DNA of 64,000 nucleotides from Squalus acanthias (lineage: Eukaryota), in assembly GCA_030390025.1 (NCBI GenBank), contig CM059441.1, forward strand, positions 66,774,001 through 66,838,000, given 5' to 3'. The notes beneath the pieces were generated by a model, which saw only the letters and a list, made by a program, of their open reading frames with translations, searched no databases and was not told the DNA's origin. Position numbers and translations under genes: made by a program. Positions 59,576-64,000 of the stretch are shown here, one piece after another (position 1 is the stretch's first letter; each line of letters starts with the position of its first letter).

Positions 59576-62500
59576 TCGTAATCGGACAACCTGACCCATC
59601 TCTCCCACTAGCAACTGGCTCGGAGCACTGAACTAGGAGCTGTAATGTCTTGTGTGTACCTCTGTTTAGACTTCTCATTTTGTCGTGCAATTGTAACGTT
59701 GAATACACTACGATGCGGACGTGCAATGTGCCACCAATCCAGCGAGGGAACTCAGTTTGTCTGCCTGGAAGGTGATTTTTTTTTTTTTTTTTCCCCCAGT
59801 TAGAGCTAGCGTTTTTTTAAATAGTTTTATAAATTGTTTAAAACCCATATGCGCACACCCATTTTAACAAAAGGGGGCCTTGCAACAGTTGTGCATGGCT
59901 GCCTGAGCAGCACTTTTAAAGCGGCACGGTGTACAGTCTCTTGTGTCAGGCAAGCTTTCATGAGCGGTGCGCGTAGATGGGGTTGGGTTTAGTGGGGGGG
60001 GGGTGGGGGTCAACGAATTGCAGCTTGGCTGGTGACCAGAAATAAGCCACAAAACCGAGGGTGGGAAAAACACATCTCTACGCCCCCCCCCCCCCCCGCC
60101 AACCCCACCCCTGCCTGCTCTGCTTGGCAATCTGTTGAACAAGAAATGTTAGATGAAGTATATTTTATAGGTAGAGAAGGATGCGCTAAAGGCTCCTAAC
60201 TGAACTTGATTTCCACGAAGAATCATTTGAAACCTGAACTTCAGCACTTTGGCGTGGGCCAATGAGCCAGTGGTAGATCGGTTAAGTTGCTCCCTTTCCC
60301 CTCCCCACCCCTCACCCTTTTCTTAAAACGCCAGTGCATTAACTTGAAAGTGTGCTGCCAATGGCATATGTGACTAAATGGTTGGATTGTATGTCATGTG
60401 ACACTAACTTTCTTTTTCTCTTTGGTATTTTTTGACTGTTGTTGACTGGTCTGGTTTTATCTGTCGATAGGATGTAAAAATTTCCATGCAAAAACTCAGA
60501 TGCTACTTACTGTCTCCCATCGTGTCCTAGTTTGAAGACTCCCAACTTGTAACCCAGCACAGGGGAGGGGAGGGGTATTTCCAAGAATGTTGAAGTTTAC
60601 TCTTTTAATTGTGAATGGCGAGCATCATCATCAGATGTGCTGGCAAAATCAGAGAGATGTTTTATAACATGTGTTGTCCTTAATAAATTAAAATATATTG
60701 AAAAAAATCTTGCAAAAGATTACAAATGGCTTGTGGAATGCATTTATAGTGAAAGGATGAGGACACTTTGAGCAGACAGTATTAACGCGGTGTTAAGTCC
60801 GGGAGCAAGCCAGATAGGAAGTTTATGATTGTTTTAAAAATAAAATATTTTTGCAGAATGCGCTCTTTGACTAGCTAGGAAATCGCACTGCCTCTTTCCC
60901 AAACCTGAATCCGGGGGTGCTACGTGTAATCCCGTCATTTTCCTCCAAATCAGATGATGGGATAAAGCAAAGCGTGCAGGCTAATTGTTCTCGGGACAGG
61001 CGAGTTCTTGAACTTTCCAACTCTTCCCTCGTTTCTGAGCGATCGCCCACGTTGATTTTTAAATCCACATGCACTTATCTCACTGCTGAATATTTTCTGA
61101 CGAACCAGATAGTTTTCGATAACCAGAGGCCCAAAAAGCAGCCTGTAAATGGCCAGAAAATGTGACTACACCCCATGGCTTCAGCACTTCATGCTGGCAT
61201 AGAAAAAAATTCCTCCGGTTGCAAGGCACGAGTGCTGTGCTCTGAACACCATTGTTGAATGTTTGTCGCTCACTGAATATTATAAAAATATTAATGGGTG
61301 ATTGTGGATCCAGTGCAAGGGACTGGACAACCTCTAGTAGGAAAACTCGACCTTAATTGCACCCTCGACGGGTATTCTAAGCCGTGCTTTGTTGGCTAGC
61401 ATGGTTTATTATTTGAGTTTTACCTGTATCCCTCTCCAACCTGCTAGTTTTGCTTTAGTTGCTTTGCAACACCTGATGGAAAGGGCTGTCTGGCGATTCT
61501 ACTAGATTATAATGCTGGATATGAGTTTGTTGTTGGGAAGCGATAAAAGATGCTCTTTTACTGTATAATAATACTCATGTAAATAACTGAAACATATGAA
61601 CAGGGTTTTAACCTATAAAGTGTTCCCTTCGATACAGAGAGACTGGGATATTTTCCATTTATTGCGCCTGTACCCTGGCCCATTTCCACTTGTCCCACAA
61701 CACTTATTGGTGAGGCAGATTTGCTCTAATTAAGAATGTGAGATTGGCCATGAGATTTTTATATATACAGTAGTTAGAGCTAATGACCTCTCTTAGCCAT
61801 CAGCAGATTTTGAACACAACTGAATCGTTTGATGTACAAAGTTTTGAAAGCCCAGAATTCAGGTTACAACCATTTATCATGAAAACTGCGAAGCAAAGGG
61901 GGAAACTGGGGCCGGTTTAGCAATCCAGTCCTTGTTAGAAACGGGAGCACTTGTACATGTACAGCAGCATTGCCTTAATTTATTGCATTATTTGGGGTTT
62001 GCTTCAAGCACAATGTTAGTGATTCTCATTAAACCATGAGGCTGCGTGACATTGCATGAAAGGACATTGGTTCTGATCAGATTGGGGTGGAGGCGAGGGG
62101 ATTGAGGGAAACAAAATGGTGAACTCTCACATCTGGTTCAGCAAGGGATTGGACACTTGCATGAGGTACTGAGATTGGGCTGGTCCACTGGGTTGTTTAG
62201 AGGTTGACCGAGCAAGAGTGGTGCAGTTCTCGAAGTAATCTATGGAAGTGGTTGTCCTGTCTTGCCTTGCTCTTGGCTGGGTACAGTTCTGGAAAAAAGA
62301 TGGCATTTATCGTGTGTTTACAAGGGTTATGGCATTGGCGAAAGGGGCAGGTTGATATTGGGTGTAAGGGGTGTTAGCACAGCAACAGTCCTAGAAACCA
62401 GGCCTGGTCTGTCACTCGGATTGGAAGTCGGTGCAAGAGTGCAGGCTTTGCAGTGGATGTCTGTCTGATTTGGGTTTTATCAGTGGAGGCAGTGAGAACG

Positions 62501-64000
62501 ATGACTTTGTACGGTCTTCTGCACCGATCCTGTAGGACGATGATGCCGCATCAATTCTTCTATTTTCAAATCATGATCTGATCATTGAGAGTCACCAGGA
62601 AAGTACAGGTGAGTGTTGTTTGTGGGGAACGTGAGCCTCATCTGACCGCTTTCAGAACTCGATTTGGAACTGTGGGTGGGAGGGGGGGGAATAGACAAAA
62701 CCTCATAAAATGAAGCACTTTGTGATAAGTATATTGACTCGTTTTGAATTTCAATTCGCACTTATGATTGCATGGTTTGGTTTTGTAAGAGTGTGAAGTT
62801 ATGTTAATAGGATGTTTCTCTGGTTAGCCAGGCTGAACATTCTGTAGGAATAGAGGCCTCGGGCAGAAACCTCCCCAGGCTCGAGTTGCAGGGTCGCTTG
62901 GGACTTGAGATCGCCAGCTCCAGTGTCCAATCCCAGATAGTCGTACCCTGGTTACGCTACCAATCTGTGAGGGCCCTTTCCCGACTGTTTAGCTTTTAAA
63001 TGTCTAGAGAGAGGCCCAACTTCAGTAGGCTCGGGGCAAGTTCCGAGAAGTGTCTGAGGGAATTCCTCATGGGAGGAGAGGTCCAACCCAAGTGCTGCCA
63101 GAATCTCACTTGCAGGGACCCCCTACACTGCTGCCCTCCAGAGTCACGGCCCAACTCCGCAATCAGGCAGCAGCTCCTATGTGGCTATTCAGTGATGCTG
63201 GCGTTGCGGTATAAATAGGCCTTCAGTTTTATACATCTGGATTAGTGCCCAACATCGCAAGGGCATCAGTAACACTTGCAAAAAGTGCAGAAAACACATT
63301 GCACTTAAAGCTTCCTTCTTTTGGATGCCGTAAAGCTGTATTTGCGAGATAAAACGCATTAAAATCCAGCTTGAAGGGTGTTGATTGGCAAGAATTATCA
63401 CTGGTACTAAACAGTCGCTCTCCTTTTGCTTGACTTCACACGAAGTGTCTAAGATTTTTTTATTACTTGAAAGTTCTGTATCGTTTCATAATTCTATTTG
63501 TTTTTGTAATTTTATTTATAGGTAGACAGTGCTGCAGTATATTTTTGTATCGCCATGAAATGTTGACTAATTGGAAGTCAATACGGCTCATTATCAAGTA
63601 GTGAAGTGTGTCTTGCAAATACTGTGTACAACAGGATGAAGTTGCACAGCAATTGACGAAAGCAGATTTTTTTCTTTTGTATTTCCCATTTATTTAAAAT
63701 ATGAAGTTTGTACAGCTTGTTCTAACTGGGCAGGTTTTCTTTAGGAGAATAACTAACTGCTTGGAAAACAAAGACAGGATTTGGGGATTCAGAAGGCCTG
63801 GCAGAACGCACTGACTTCCCTTATCGAACCACTCGGGGGTGGGGGGTGGGGGGGGGGGGGTAGTATTGTAAAGACAATCTGGTGGTGTTCAGAGTTTGTT
63901 GAAATGCAGCTCTTAAACCTTGTCGTTTCCACATGTAATTGCACAGAGTGTGAAAACTTGCAGCTGTAATGAATGTACAGAGACATCGCCCCTCTCCTCA

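Noticed and set aside
8354-63860. Numerous poly-C and poly-G runs as functional G4 elements
   Set aside because: Scattered homopolymers with no positional pattern, and prone to sequencing error.
56162-64000. Downstream neighbouring gene
   Set aside because: No CpG island, recognisable protein motif or convincing exon chain on either strand.

Overview
Eukaryotic genomic DNA from a vertebrate. The repeat families (V-SINE/HE1-like, DeuSINE-like, CR1, L2, Penelope-like) point to a cartilaginous fish; this is an inference. The window holds the 3' part of one + strand gene, the H3K36 methyltransferase NSD3 (WHSC1L1). I traced 21 coding exons by hand, from PWWP1 (15672) to the stop codon (56161). 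They join in frame over 3654 nt (1217 aa plus stop): PWWP1, linker, PHD1-4, PWWP2, AWS-SET-postSET, PHD5-C5HCH. The N-terminal exons were not found and probably lie upstream. Introns are dense with transposon relics. Notable items: (1) Penelope-like inserts with target-site duplications that carry minimal hammerhead-ribozyme motifs, with intact cores only antisense to NSD3; (2) a GC-AG intron in PWWP2; (3) an inverted pair of near-identical CR1 copies bracketing two frame-preserving exons, a circRNA candidate with a stop-free 333-nt loop; (4) an extended linker exon with no recognisable NSD3-short terminal exon after it; (5) a candidate 9-nt microexon; (6) a 44-bp hairpin minisatellite just before the last exon; (7) hAT- and Harbinger-like MITEs. 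No prokaryotic-type system (CRISPR, operon) is supported. Exon numbers and human comparisons are from memory of human NSD3, not from a search. Repeat boundaries are approximate unless a TSD or TIR is quoted.
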